Source of the DNA: a virus
Lineage: Duplodnaviria; Caudoviricetes
DNA length: 64,000 bases
Direction: 5' to 3' (one strand)
IMG/VR virus record: IMGVR_UViG_3300020577_004283
Coordinates: 4,987 to 68,986 of that record
In this document: positions 1 to 10,200 of the stretch, piece by piece
Position numbering within the stretch: the stretch's first letter is position 1
How the letters are laid out: every line of letters starts with the position of its first letter
The notes under the pieces: model-generated
Seen by the model: only the letters and a program-made list of their open reading frames with translations
What the model was told of the DNA's origin: nothing
Database searches by the model: none
Program-made: the position numbers and the translations under genes

Positions 1-298
1 CTAGGTTACTAGGATCCAGATATATACTACGTGAAACGCCTAGTATGGTTCAGGGTCGGTGTAATAGGGATACTAGGTTGGGTGGTTGTGGTATGTGGTG
101 GGTGGTCCGGGGTTGTTGTGATAATGAGCGCGCGGCGGCGTGGTTGTGTGGTGTGGCGGTCGTGCGTGTAGCGTTTAGGATCGTTCGGGTGAACGTTCGG
201 GTTGGGGTCGGGTCCGAAAGGTCGTTGAACCAGCCTCAGAACTTTCATCCCCCGGCTGTTTCCGCTAGAATACTCGGGTTGTTCCGTTCTGCCAGGAG

Positions 299-715
299 AT
301 GGATCTGATGGCATCGTTTGTTTCACATATCGATCGGTTGCGTCGCGTCCAGATGCAGATTGATGATTGCCGTGCCGATATAGCGTTTCGGAAGCTCGTC
401 AACGAAAGTTATGGTGCGTTGGAAGACAAACTGGAAACTCTCATCGCCCGACACGACCGTTACCACGCCGACACTGTCGCGGTGGCGTCCAAGCCTCCAC
501 CCCCGGATCAGTCCCGCCGTTTGGCTGAGAAACAGCAACGTCGTGACCAGCGGGACGAGAAGCTCCGTGCTGAGATTGCCGAATGGAAAGAGAAACGATC
601 TGCCATGATCCGAGAGGGAAAGAAAGGCCGTCGACTCGAGCGAGTGAACCGCACGATTGACCGTCTGAACGCTCGTCTCAATGACCCGAGTATTGTTCTG
701 ACAGGTAACGAGTAA
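299..715 (+). CDS. hypothetical coiled-coil protein upstream of terminase
   Basis: 138-aa ORF, charged and helical, same strand as the packaging genes; no family recognised. Confidence 0.5.
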   Translation: MDLMASFVSHIDRLRRVQMQIDDCRADIAFRKLVNESYGALEDKLETLIARHDRYHADTVAVASKPPPPDQSRRLAEKQQRRDQRDEKLRAEIAEWKEKRSAMIREGKKGRRLERVNRTIDRLNARLNDPSIVLTGNE

Positions 716-1002
716 GACGAATGGTCGAAATTTCTTTACCAAGGTAAGATTTTAAGTTAAATGAGCATTCTGAAAAAATTCTCCGGGCAGCCACGATAAC
801 TCATGCCCCAAGACTGTTAGTTTCCGAGCCGCCAGCACTGGACAACAGCTGATGACTCGCCGCTTGTGGCGCTTAGATCGTGGTGGCGAACCGATCTTTG
901 TTGTAGCAAGCAGGACGCAGGGGACGTATGTGAGGCATGCGTTGTCCTGTGTTTGTCCGGTGCTTTTGTCCAGTGAGGCACCGGACTCGATGGAGATGAA
1001 CG

Positions 1003-1494
1003 ATGGGTCGTAGGGTCAAGCCGACTGGTGCTTCAGGCAGCGAACCAAGGAAACCTGGTCGCCCACACGGAGTGAAGAACGAAGCAACCCAGGAGCGTGA
1101 GACACGACTTTCCGAGGCTATGCGTATTGCCGCAGAAACTCTCGGTGAGGACAAGATCGATCTGATGAGTCCTCGTGAAGTGATCGAGTTCACCATGCGG
1201 CTTGCCGCGAAGGCTGGGTGGTGGTTCCGTGCTGCCGAACTAGCGAACATGGTCGCCCCATATGTTCATCCGAAGCTTCAGTCCACAACACTGACAAATG
1301 GGAATGCCGATGAGTCTCGCTCTGATGTCGACCTCGCCGCAGAGCTTGAGGAAATCAGAAATCGCCAGAGCGCTGCAGATCGAGCGCGAGCTTTGGCGGC
1401 GAGAGTGTCGCAGAAAAATGACGAGCTGGGCCATTCAGGCACTCTCGATACAAGCACTGACACCGGCCCCGCATCACGCACTGCTGTCCACTAA
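1003..1494 (+). CDS. terS: terminase small subunit
   Basis: Immediately upstream of and overlapping TerL; N-terminal GRPHGVKN motif and APYVHPKLQS motif typical of small terminases. Confidence 0.75.
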   Translation: MGRRVKPTGASGSEPRKPGRPHGVKNEATQERETRLSEAMRIAAETLGEDKIDLMSPREVIEFTMRLAAKAGWWFRAAELANMVAPYVHPKLQSTTLTNGNADESRSDVDLAAELEEIRNRQSAADRARALAARVSQKNDELGHSGTLDTSTDTGPASRTAVH

Positions 1495-2830
1495 GCTGGA
1501 GGCAGTGGCCCGAGGCGAAATTGATCGTCTGATGGTCTGCATGCCTCCGGGCCATGCAAAGTCCGTGTATTGCTCTACACTTTTCCCATCATGGTGGTTT
1601 GCCCAGCCGGGTCTTGAACGAACAGCCATGATAACCGTTTCGCACACGAGTGAGCTTGCTGAAACGTTCGGTCGTCGTGTCCGAAACCTCGTGGCCAGGG
1701 AACACGAAATTCTCGGTTATTCTTTGCAACAGGACAGCAAAGCCGCTGGTCGGTGGGAGACCAGCAAAGGTGGCGAATACTACGCTGCCGGCATCGGTGG
1801 TGGTATCACTGGTCGTCGTGCCGATTTGATCGTGATCGATGATCCGGTTAAAGGCAGCGATGAAGCAAAGAGCGAGAAGACTCGGCAACGAGTTTGGGAC
1901 TACTATCGGTCTGAGCTATACACACGACTAAAGCCTGGTGGTCGTATCATCCTCGTCATGACTCGGTGGGATGAGGATGATCTTGGTGGTCGTTTGTTAA
2001 ACGAAATGGGGTCCGGAGGCGATGACTGGGATCTTCTGAAGCTCCCCGCATTGGCCGAGGACCCACGAGACTTTTCGGACGACGCTACAGAGACCTGGGA
2101 GCCTGACCCCTTGGGCCGTCAGCCGGGCGAGGCGCTGTGGCCCGACTGGGAAAGTCGTGAAGCACTTTTGAGGAAACGATTGGCTGTCGGTGAGCTTGAC
2201 TGGTTCGCATTGTTTCAGCAACGGCCCAAGCCACCACAAGGTGTTCTGTTCAACACCGACAAGATCACAACGCTCACGAACCGACCGAACCTGCGATCCA
2301 TCGTTCGCTCATGGGACCTGGCAGCGACTGAACAACAGGGGACCAATGATCCTGACTGGACAGTCGGGACTCTCCTCGGGCGAACCACAGATGATCGTTA
2401 CGTTGTCTTGGATGTTGTCCGGGAACGGTTGCCTCCGAATGGTGTTCTTGATCTGATCACTTCGGTGGCTGACAATGATGGTCGCACTGTCCCGATCCGT
2501 TTGCCAGAGGACCCTGGTCAAGCAGGCAAGAGCCAATCTGCGTTTATGGTCGCCAAGTTGGCTGGTCATAAAGTGACCATGGAGCGTGAAACTGGCAGCA
2601 AAGTCGTGCGAGCCACTCCGTTTATCACACAGGTGAACGTTGGCAACGTGTCCATGCTCGAAGCTCGGTGGAACAAAGGCTTCATCTCCGAGCTTCGCGA
2701 TTTTCCGAACGGCCGCAAAGATGACCAGGTAGACTCCGTCTCTGGGGCGTTCAACATTGTCGGAACGAGACAGCCTGGGTTCCGCATCAGCCCAGACGTT
2801 GTCAGATCTATGGGGATGGCACGCCGATGA
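1298..2830 (+). CDS. terL: terminase large subunit (true start probably somewhat downstream of 1298)
   Basis: Walker A-like MPPGHAKS, GITGRRADLIVIDDP Walker B, VMTRW motif, C-terminal nuclease SWDLA...DDQVDS. Confidence 0.95.
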   Translation: MGMPMSLALMSTSPQSLRKSEIARALQIERELWRRECRRKMTSWAIQALSIQALTPAPHHALLSTKLEAVARGEIDRLMVCMPPGHAKSVYCSTLFPSWWFAQPGLERTAMITVSHTSELAETFGRRVRNLVAREHEILGYSLQQDSKAAGRWETSKGGEYYAAGIGGGITGRRADLIVIDDPVKGSDEAKSEKTRQRVWDYYRSELYTRLKPGGRIILVMTRWDEDDLGGRLLNEMGSGGDDWDLLKLPALAEDPRDFSDDATETWEPDPLGRQPGEALWPDWESREALLRKRLAVGELDWFALFQQRPKPPQGVLFNTDKITTLTNRPNLRSIVRSWDLAATEQQGTNDPDWTVGTLLGRTTDDRYVVLDVVRERLPPNGVLDLITSVADNDGRTVPIRLPEDPGQAGKSQSAFMVAKLAGHKVTMERETGSKVVRATPFITQVNVGNVSMLEARWNKGFISELRDFPNGRKDDQVDSVSGAFNIVGTRQPGFRISPDVVRSMGMARR

Positions 2831-5028
2831 TCAACTGGTTCGTCCGCAAAGGACAGCGTGGGATTGATCGTGTTGAACCCACGATCGTTGTCCCGAAACC
2901 ACGTATCGTTCAGGATGAACGTCCGAAACCTCGTGGTCTGCGCGTCAAGCCTGAACATGTTGCTAACGCCATGATGACTCGGCGTAACGATCCACTGACT
3001 CCGACCAGTGGTCCTCGTGGCATGGACTCAATCGCAAGGACATTCCAGCATGCTCCACTTCCGGCTTTCATTGATGCGCCGGGAGCTGGCGGACTGGCGA
3101 TGGACAGCCAGACGTATGTTGCAGACCCTACCTACATGGCATATGGGCAATGGTCGGAGAACCTTCAGTGGCTTGGCTTCCCGTATCTGGCGGAGCTAGC
3201 ACAACGACCCGAGTATCGGCGTATCAGCGAAACGATCGCCAAGGACATGACCCGCAAGTGGATCAAGGTCCAGGCTGCGGGCGAGGACGACAAGAGCGAC
3301 AAGATCAAGCTGCTTGAAGCAGCGATGGTCAAGCACAAGATCCAGGACAAATTCCGGCGAGCCGCTGAACTTGACGGGTTCTTTGGTCGTGGTCATCTCT
3401 ACATCGATATGGGGACCACGGACGACCCAGCAGAGCTGAAGACTCCGCTGATCTTGAGTCGTCACAAGATCGGCAAGAATAGTGTCAAAGCGTTCAATGT
3501 TGTAGAGCCAACCTGGACGTATCCTGGCTCGTATAACTCAAACGATCCACTTGATCCGGAGTTTTACTTGCCGCGAACGTGGTATGTGATGAGCAAGGAG
3601 GTTCATCGCTCACGGCTGCTCGTGTTCATCTCTCGTGAACTACCTGATCTTCTGAAGCCAGCCTACGCCTTCGGTGGTTTGTCCATGTCTCAGATGGCCA
3701 AACCCTATGTGGATAACTGGTTGCGCACCCGTCAGTCGGTCTCCGATCTTGTCTCTTCGTTCTCGGTCAGTGGACTGAAGACCAATATGCAGGAGATTCT
3801 GAACGAGGGTGGATCTGAGCAGCAGGCGCTCCGCTCGGCCCTGTTCAACCAGTGGCGGTCCAACGCTGGTATGATGATGATCGACCGAGACACGGAAGAG
3901 TTTTTCAACGTAACGACTCCGTTGGGCACTCTTGATCATCTGCAGGCACAGAGCCAGGAACAGATGGCCAGTGTCAGTGGCATCCCACTCACGATCCTGC
4001 TCGGTATCACGCCGAGTGGTCTGAATGCGTCTAGCGAAGGTGAAATCCGGACATATGAAGCATGGATCCACGCCATGCAGGAGCACCTGTTTCGACGCAA
4101 TCTGAACGCTGTTCTTCAGGTGTTGCAACTGGATCTTTTCGGAGAGATTGATCCACACATCGAGTTTGTCTTTGAACAGTTGCACGAGATTAACGACTCG
4201 GAGCAGGCTGGTCTTGCGAAAACCGAAGCTGACACCGACAACGTCTACGTCACGATGGGTGCTCTTGCTCCAGAGGAGGTTCGGCAAAAACTCGCCAATG
4301 ATCCTGACAGCCCCTACTCCGGACTCGACCTCTCACAGCCGCTCCCAGAGCCTGAGCAGGAAGGCGACCCGCTGGCCGGCCCCGACCTTGGTGACGACCC
4401 TGGCGACGACCCAGCCGGCTCTGGCGCCCCACCCTCACCCAAGCCTCCACCCCCGGCTCAGCCGTCACCTGCTGGTGGAGGGCAGTCGCAGGACAAATTC
4501 CCTTTCGCCCAAGACTCGTGGCCAAGGGTCACGCGGCGTGACGTATGTGGCCTCTCGGTTGCGGTTGAAACACGAAGGAACACGATCCGTTCTGGTGTGA
4601 GTGAGGATGGTCGGCCCTGGTCTGTTGTGATGCCTGCAGACTATGGCTACATCCATCGGACCACCAACAACGATGGGGAGCAATTAGATCTTTTCATGGG
4701 TCCTCAGTGGCGTAAAGCCAAGAGCCTGCCAGTCTACGTCATTTCTCAACGTGATCTGAAAACCGGAGGACATGACGAGGACAAAGTGATGGTGGGCTTT
4801 GAGTCGTTGCTCCAGGCCCAACGTTGTTACGATCTTGCCTATCCGCCGGGTGTTGGTCCGCTTCAGCGTGCCGGGGGCATTGAACAATGCTCGTGGGCTG
4901 CTCTGGAAGATTGGTGCGCCGCTGGGGGTGGAGTCGGTGATCTTGCTCAAGACGCCAAGGACTTTGATGAGTCCAAGGTGGAACGTGACTCTGACGGAAA
5001 GTCCGCGAAAAACGCATCTGGAGCATAG
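2827..5028 (+). CDS. portal protein (DUF1073/HI1409-like) with a Pro-rich linker and a C-terminal inorganic-pyrophosphatase-like (InPase) domain
   Basis: Follows TerL; GIPLTILLGITPSGLNASSEGE portal motif; C-terminal DYGYIHRT...DGEQLDLFMGP...DEDKVMVGF matches the InPase domain of polyvalent proteins. Confidence 0.85.
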   Translation: MINWFVRKGQRGIDRVEPTIVVPKPRIVQDERPKPRGLRVKPEHVANAMMTRRNDPLTPTSGPRGMDSIARTFQHAPLPAFIDAPGAGGLAMDSQTYVADPTYMAYGQWSENLQWLGFPYLAELAQRPEYRRISETIAKDMTRKWIKVQAAGEDDKSDKIKLLEAAMVKHKIQDKFRRAAELDGFFGRGHLYIDMGTTDDPAELKTPLILSRHKIGKNSVKAFNVVEPTWTYPGSYNSNDPLDPEFYLPRTWYVMSKEVHRSRLLVFISRELPDLLKPAYAFGGLSMSQMAKPYVDNWLRTRQSVSDLVSSFSVSGLKTNMQEILNEGGSEQQALRSALFNQWRSNAGMMMIDRDTEEFFNVTTPLGTLDHLQAQSQEQMASVSGIPLTILLGITPSGLNASSEGEIRTYEAWIHAMQEHLFRRNLNAVLQVLQLDLFGEIDPHIEFVFEQLHEINDSEQAGLAKTEADTDNVYVTMGALAPEEVRQKLANDPDSPYSGLDLSQPLPEPEQEGDPLAGPDLGDDPGDDPAGSGAPPSPKPPPPAQPSPAGGGQSQDKFPFAQDSWPRVTRRDVCGLSVAVETRRNTIRSGVSEDGRPWSVVMPADYGYIHRTTNNDGEQLDLFMGPQWRKAKSLPVYVISQRDLKTGGHDEDKVMVGFESLLQAQRCYDLAYPPGVGPLQRAGGIEQCSWAALEDWCAAGGGVGDLAQDAKDFDESKVERDSDGKSAKNASGA

Positions 5029-5528
5029 AAGGCAACCGACTTCCACACACCCAAGAGTTTGATCATACCCAGCTAGGCAAGAGAAAACTGGGTTGTCACT
5101 GAAAGATTTGAACCCTAACCTTTCTGACAACGATAGTGTATCTTTTTGTCTCTGGTCTTGACGACAAGAAAAAGATTGAAGTTGGTCGCCTTCTCGAAGT
5201 GTTGGAAGGTAATTTCACTTCATTCACGTCTCGTGTTCATCGTATGTTACACGATCCGAAAGATACTGAGGCATACTTGTCCACCCAGTTGATCTTCGAT
5301 GATTGCATGGGAGCCATGACTGGAAACATCTACGGTCGTGGTCACTCAAACGGCTATTACCGGCAGAATTCGAACCGCCATGCTTCTGAAATGTTCGCAA
5401 ACTACGTGTGCCTGACTCAAGGTCCTAATGGAGCAGCGTTTAAGAAACTTCTTCATACAATTTCCCCTTTGTCATGTAAAGGGTTTGACGCTATACTAGC
5501 CCGTCGAGCCTCGGGTAGTCCCAATTAA
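5029..5528 (+). pseudogene. probable degraded or frameshifted continuation of the portal extension; ORF 5136-5528 resembles the C-terminal half of a zincin-like metallopeptidase domain
   Basis: GHSNGYY...SEMFANY motif without an HExxH; protein-like fragments in different frames, separated by stops, between 5029 and 5135. Confidence 0.4.
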
Positions 5529-5564
5529 ACAATCTTTGCTCTCGGCTTATCACCAGAAAGACAA

Positions 5565-5777
5565 GTGAGCGTGGCGAGAAAAGGCAACGAAGATACGATA
5601 GACGACTACCTCGAGATGTTCGGTGACACACCGACACTGATCGGGTATGGCGACAAAGAACTTCCCAAGGTTCTTGACCTGATGGAAGAAGCCATGGACG
5701 AAGGCGAACCGATATCGGATGATACGATCCGCGAGAAACTCGGCCTGGAGCCTCTGTCTGTGGATGTCGTTATCTGA
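5565..5777 (+). CDS. small acidic protein, immunity-like partner
   Basis: 70 aa, strongly acidic, YLEMFGDTP pattern; RBS-like AGAAAG upstream; stop abuts the MuF start. Confidence 0.6.
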   Translation: MSVARKGNEDTIDDYLEMFGDTPTLIGYGDKELPKVLDLMEEAMDEGEPISDDTIREKLGLEPLSVDVVI

Positions 5778-6613
5778 TGGCGCGCCGGGCGACACGAGTG
5801 AAGACTCTTGCTCCAGTTCGCCCGAACGTTGGTATCGAAGCCTCGTATCGTCGTCGCATGGAGCGACTGATCGACGAGATGAATAACTCCCTCCTCTACT
5901 GGATCTCAGCGCAATGGCGCGCTGATGAGCCGTTGATGGTGGGTGCTGCATCCGACGAGATGATCATTGCTCAAGATGCAGGGCCGACTGTTCTGCTGCG
6001 TCGGATGATGCGCAAATTGGCCAAGCGTTGGCTTGATCGGTTTGACGAGGCGGCTCCGAAGCTGGCGAACTACTTCGCTGCTGAAGCCACCAAACGGGCT
6101 GACATTAATCTACAACAGATCCTGAACGAGGCCGGTATGACGGTCAAGTTCAGCATGACCCCCACAGTGAGAGACGTCCTGGAGGGGTCTATCGGCGAGA
6201 ACGTTTCGCTGATCAAGTCCATCGCCCAAGAGAACCTGTCCCAAGTGGAAGGGATCGTGCTGCGGTCAGCCGCTGCTGGTCGTGACCTTGGTATGTTGTC
6301 CAAGGAACTTCAAGAACGTTTCGGCAGCACTAAGAAACGGGCTGCGTTGATCGCTCGTGATCAGAACAACAAAGCCACTGCGGTCATTACTCGCGCGCGA
6401 CAGATCGAGACTGGTATTCAGCAAGCCCGCTGGCTGCACTCGTCTGCTGGCAAGCACCCGCGACCGGACCATGTTGCGTTCTCGCGTGGCAAACTTGGTG
6501 GCCCCTTCTACGATGTTCAGAAGGGCGCGTTTATTGACGGGGAGTGGATCTTCCCTGGACAACTGATCAACTGCCGGTGTGTCAGTCAGCCTGTAATCGC
6601 GGGGTTCGAATGA
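5777..6613 (+). CDS. head morphogenesis protein (MuF / SPP1 gp7-like)
   Basis: [26 protein letters not shown] and PGQLINCRC motifs. Confidence 0.9.
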   Translation: MARRATRVKTLAPVRPNVGIEASYRRRMERLIDEMNNSLLYWISAQWRADEPLMVGAASDEMIIAQDAGPTVLLRRMMRKLAKRWLDRFDEAAPKLANYFAAEATKRADINLQQILNEAGMTVKFSMTPTVRDVLEGSIGENVSLIKSIAQENLSQVEGIVLRSAAAGRDLGMLSKELQERFGSTKKRAALIARDQNNKATAVITRARQIETGIQQARWLHSSAGKHPRPDHVAFSRGKLGGPFYDVQKGAFIDGEWIFPGQLINCRCVSQPVIAGFE

Positions 6614-9252
6614 GCGAACCTCGCGCACTGTTGGCGATGGATCGTTCGATGCGTTCGTTCGACCAAGATGGTCGTTTGCACGTTGAAACGTCTCCGATCA
6701 CCAAAGCCAACGTGTGTCCATACTACGGCCGAGAAATTCCTGGGTTCAAGGAACTTGGTCTGGACGAGAACAAGATCTACAAACTGTTACGTGATCCGGC
6801 GGAACTGGAGAAGGCTGCTAAGACCTTCAACAACATTCCAGTGTTGATTAAGCACATTCCAGTGTCTGCCGAAGAACCGAGCCAAGAAGACGTTGTCGGG
6901 TCAACTGGAACCGACGCAGAATGGTCGGCCCCATACCTGAAGAATAGCCTGGTCATCTGGGTTCAACTGGCCATTGATGCCATTGAGTCCAAACAACAGC
7001 ACGAACTTTCGGCAGCCTACCACTACACCCCTGACATGACCCCCGGTCGGTTCGGAAATGAAGATTATGATGGTGTGATGCGGGACATAAAGGGTAATCA
7101 CGTGGCACTTGTCGAAAATGGCCGTGCTGGTCGTGATGTTGTCGTGATGGATGCTGACTTTGATGAAAGTAAAGTCAAGCGCAGCAGTGGGGGACAGTTC
7201 GCGAGGAGTGCTTCTGGTGCGTCTGAAGGGATGGCTCACCATGCTGCGCAAAGTAACGAACACCGCAAGGAAGGTGGTGGGGGTGGTCATGTCGCACGAC
7301 CCCATGCCCGTGCTTCGCGAGCATTCGCCGAGGCTGCAGAACATTACGATGCCGGTCGGACTGAAGAAGGTCACGCGAAGTATGCTGAAGCTGAGGAGCA
7401 TGCTCGTGTAGCCGAAAAGCGTGCTGCACAACACGAGAAAACCAAAGGGTCTGAGCCGCCTGCGAAGGAAGAGCCTGCGAAGGAAGAGCCTGCGAAGGAA
7501 GAGCCTGCGAAGGAAGAGCCTGCGAAGGAAGAGCCTGCGAAGGAGAAACCTGCGAAGGAGAAACCTGCGAAGGAAGAGCCTGCGAAGGAGAAACCCAAGG
7601 TCAAAGAGAAAGCGACAAAATCTGTTCATCACGGTGAAGAGATGATGCGCCAACTCGGGGTGAAAACTCCTTTGTTCACACCTGATGAACACGGCGGTGG
7701 TGTTGCTGAAGGTCGTTTTCATGGTCCAATGGCTGAGAACGATGCCAGAGACGCACTGAAACAACTCGGGTTTGGTCAAGGAGAACGTTTGCCTGAAAAG
7801 TCGTCTAAATCAGGCAACCGCCAAATCCGGGAATTTGTCACGAAATACACCCACCCTGAAGGGCACGAAGCAACGTTGACGACCACCAACATTGGTGATC
7901 CTTTGGGCCCTCGCGGGAAATGGGTCAGCAGTTCGGACACAGGTGTGTCTGTCAAAGTTTCTCCGCTCAAAAACGGAGAAAAGAGCCAATTTTCTGTTCC
8001 TGAAAACACCAAACCACTACAAACCAGTGGTGTTCATAGTGCGTTGAAAGCATCTTTTCTTCGCCCGAGAACCACCACTGCCACAAGTATTCGTGGTTAT
8101 AGTAACACACATGGAGACTACCAGGTTGGTGGTGGCGGCTCACACCATATTGTGACACCGGTCCTTCCGAATATTGTTGGCTCTGGTGGTCGTGAAGAAG
8201 CTTCGAAGCACAAGTTGTCCGCGATTAGCGACGCACTGAAGAAAGCTGGTGTCCACCACGAGATGGGTGATGGTCACGTGAAAATCCCATATCACCAGCC
8301 AAAGACCACCCAAGCTCATGACTCTCAACTGAGGAACAACAACATGGCGGCGACGAAGATGGTCCTGCGAAACGCAATCGTTCAGGGTGCGCTTGCAGCT
8401 CACCTTCGACCGCTGATTGCGCAGGACGCGAAGATCGACTTGCGTGCACTGCTCACCAACACTGCGCACAAGGACTGGCAGACTCAGAAGGACCGGCTCG
8501 TGGCTCTTCTGCCGTCCTATCTGAAGGACAAGACCTTGGCCCAGGACGCAGGGGTCGGTGAGCTCGTCGAACTCCTGGACGGTCTCGGCGGGGGTAACGG
8601 TGCCCCGCCCGAAGACGCAGCGCTCGTGTCTGACGATGAGCAGGCTGGGCAGGGCGAACAGGACGCCGATCCGCTGGACACCAACATGGTGGCCGGCGAT
8701 GACGACATGGCTGAACAGGTCCAGCAGCTGCTGGCTGGTAAGTTGTCGGACGAGGATATGACAGCCCTCCTCGATATCATCAAGCCCGCCGAGGCGACGA
8801 TGATCGGCGAGGAAGCTGAGGAAGACGCGAAACAGGACGCCATGGCCAATGGTGGCGAAGGCGACGATGACGAGGACCCTGCGAAGGACAACGCGATGAA
8901 GAACATGGTCAGCAAGCCGGCGATGGACGCCGCGCTGAGGGCGACGCGTGATCAGGTGCGGCGGGAAACGATCGCCCACATGAACGCCATCGCCGCAGCG
9001 ACTGAGGCGGTGCAGCCCTACGTCGGGAAGCTGACCGTCGCGATGGACAGCGCTTCCGACATCTACAAGTTCGCTCTGAACAGCCTCGGCGTCGACGTCA
9101 AGGGCGTTCACCCGAGCGCCTTTCCGAAGATGCTGGCGCTGGTCCCCAAGCCGTCCGACACCCCCCGGACCACTCGTGTTGCCATGGACTCCAAGTCCAC
9201 GACAGCGTTCTTGGAGCGGTTCCCCCATGCAGCCCGTATGCGGGTTCGGTAA
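6610..9252 (+). CDS. DUF2213-family prohead protease/scaffold with a large central insertion
   Basis: N-terminal [16 protein letters not shown]...ELSAAYHY...[12 protein letters not shown] domain; acidic scaffold-like C-terminus; ATG 6610 overlaps the MuF stop. Confidence 0.85.
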   Translation: MSEPRALLAMDRSMRSFDQDGRLHVETSPITKANVCPYYGREIPGFKELGLDENKIYKLLRDPAELEKAAKTFNNIPVLIKHIPVSAEEPSQEDVVGSTGTDAEWSAPYLKNSLVIWVQLAIDAIESKQQHELSAAYHYTPDMTPGRFGNEDYDGVMRDIKGNHVALVENGRAGRDVVVMDADFDESKVKRSSGGQFARSASGASEGMAHHAAQSNEHRKEGGGGGHVARPHARASRAFAEAAEHYDAGRTEEGHAKYAEAEEHARVAEKRAAQHEKTKGSEPPAKEEPAKEEPAKEEPAKEEPAKEEPAKEKPAKEKPAKEEPAKEKPKVKEKATKSVHHGEEMMRQLGVKTPLFTPDEHGGGVAEGRFHGPMAENDARDALKQLGFGQGERLPEKSSKSGNRQIREFVTKYTHPEGHEATLTTTNIGDPLGPRGKWVSSSDTGVSVKVSPLKNGEKSQFSVPENTKPLQTSGVHSALKASFLRPRTTTATSIRGYSNTHGDYQVGGGGSHHIVTPVLPNIVGSGGREEASKHKLSAISDALKKAGVHHEMGDGHVKIPYHQPKTTQAHDSQLRNNNMAATKMVLRNAIVQGALAAHLRPLIAQDAKIDLRALLTNTAHKDWQTQKDRLVALLPSYLKDKTLAQDAGVGELVELLDGLGGGNGAPPEDAALVSDDEQAGQGEQDADPLDTNMVAGDDDMAEQVQQLLAGKLSDEDMTALLDIIKPAEATMIGEEAEEDAKQDAMANGGEGDDDEDPAKDNAMKNMVSKPAMDAALRATRDQVRRETIAHMNAIAAATEAVQPYVGKLTVAMDSASDIYKFALNSLGVDVKGVHPSAFPKMLALVPKPSDTPRTTRVAMDSKSTTAFLERFPHAARMRVR
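7459..7593 (+). repeat. nine tandem 15-bp units (CCTGCGAAGGAAGAG / CCTGCGAAGGAGAAA) encoding [10 protein letters not shown]
   Basis: Read directly: 5x PAKEE, 2x [15 protein letters not shown], in frame within the DUF2213 gene. Confidence 0.98.
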
Positions 9253-9264
9253 AGGAGAAGATCG

Positions 9265-10188
9265 ATGGGTTTCCAGACTGTCGTCAACAATCAGCCGGCC
9301 CCCGCAGTCGCCGGCGATTTCGCAGGAGCCAACCCTCGCGCCAATCTGCTGGCTGGCGCTGGTGCTTTGGTCGCGGGCCTCAATGGCCTGATCGTGGGCC
9401 GTTTCGGCTGGGTGTCGGATGTGGACCTGGTGTCCACGACCAATTCTGGTGCCGGTGTCCCCGACGGCTTCGTCGCCCGTGAACAGCAGGGTCTGATCAC
9501 GGTCTTCCTGGCCGAAGCCAGCATGGTTGTGCCGCGTGGCCTGCCTGTCACTCTCTATACTCAGGGTGATTTCTGGGTCAAGAACGACGGCAACACGGTC
9601 GCTCAGGTCGGCCAGACTGCCTACGCGAACCTGGTCAACGGTCAGGTGAGCTTCGGCTCCTCGGGTCTGACAGCGTCGTTCGCCGACACCACCGGTTCGA
9701 TCGCCGCCAGCACCAATGGGTTCACTGGTTCCATCGTCGACGATATCCTGACTGTCACTTCCGTCAGTTCCGGCACCATCGTCCCTGGCACCCTGATCTC
9801 CGGCACTGGCGTCGCTTCCGGCACCCTGGTCCAGAGCCAGCTGACCGGCACTGCCGGCGGCGTCGGGACGTATGCTGTGACTCCTGCGTCGCAGAACGTC
9901 GCCGCTGGCACCGTGATGACCGGTGGTTACGGAACCTACACCGTCAGTGCATGGAACAACGCTGTTCCTGTCGCAGTCGGTGCAGTCCTGTCGGGGTCTG
10001 GCGTGACCGCTGGCACCACGGTCATGGGCTTCGGGACCGGCACTGGTGGGACCGGCACCTATTACGTGACGCCATCGCAGACCGCTGGCAGCACGAACAT
10101 CCTGGCCACCATCACTGTCGCGACCAAGTGGAAGGCAGCGTCTTACGCCGCTGTCGGCGAACTGGTCAAGATCAGCTCCTGGAACTGA
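9265..10188 (+). CDS. head decoration / capsid-associated structural protein with two inserted Gly/Thr-rich beta modules
   Basis: [21 protein letters not shown]-terminus, located between scaffold and major capsid gene. Confidence 0.75.
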   Translation: MGFQTVVNNQPAPAVAGDFAGANPRANLLAGAGALVAGLNGLIVGRFGWVSDVDLVSTTNSGAGVPDGFVAREQQGLITVFLAEASMVVPRGLPVTLYTQGDFWVKNDGNTVAQVGQTAYANLVNGQVSFGSSGLTASFADTTGSIAASTNGFTGSIVDDILTVTSVSSGTIVPGTLISGTGVASGTLVQSQLTGTAGGVGTYAVTPASQNVAAGTVMTGGYGTYTVSAWNNAVPVAVGAVLSGSGVTAGTTVMGFGTGTGGTGTYYVTPSQTAGSTNILATITVATKWKAASYAAVGELVKISSWN

Positions 10189-10200
10189 GGACAAGCATCG

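Noticed and set aside
27-326. ORFs 27-326 (-) and 45-308 (+)
   Set aside because: Low-complexity translations of the G/T-skewed tract; no coding evidence
5026-5118. Stop-codon reassignment (TAG readthrough) extending the portal
   Set aside because: Readthrough meets another TAG (5074) and a TAA (5116) without reaching ORF 5136, which is in another frame; other genes end normally at TAG
7459-7593. Tandem repeat as a possible CRISPR array
   Set aside because: Contiguous 15-bp units with no spacers, in frame in a coding gene; no cas genes
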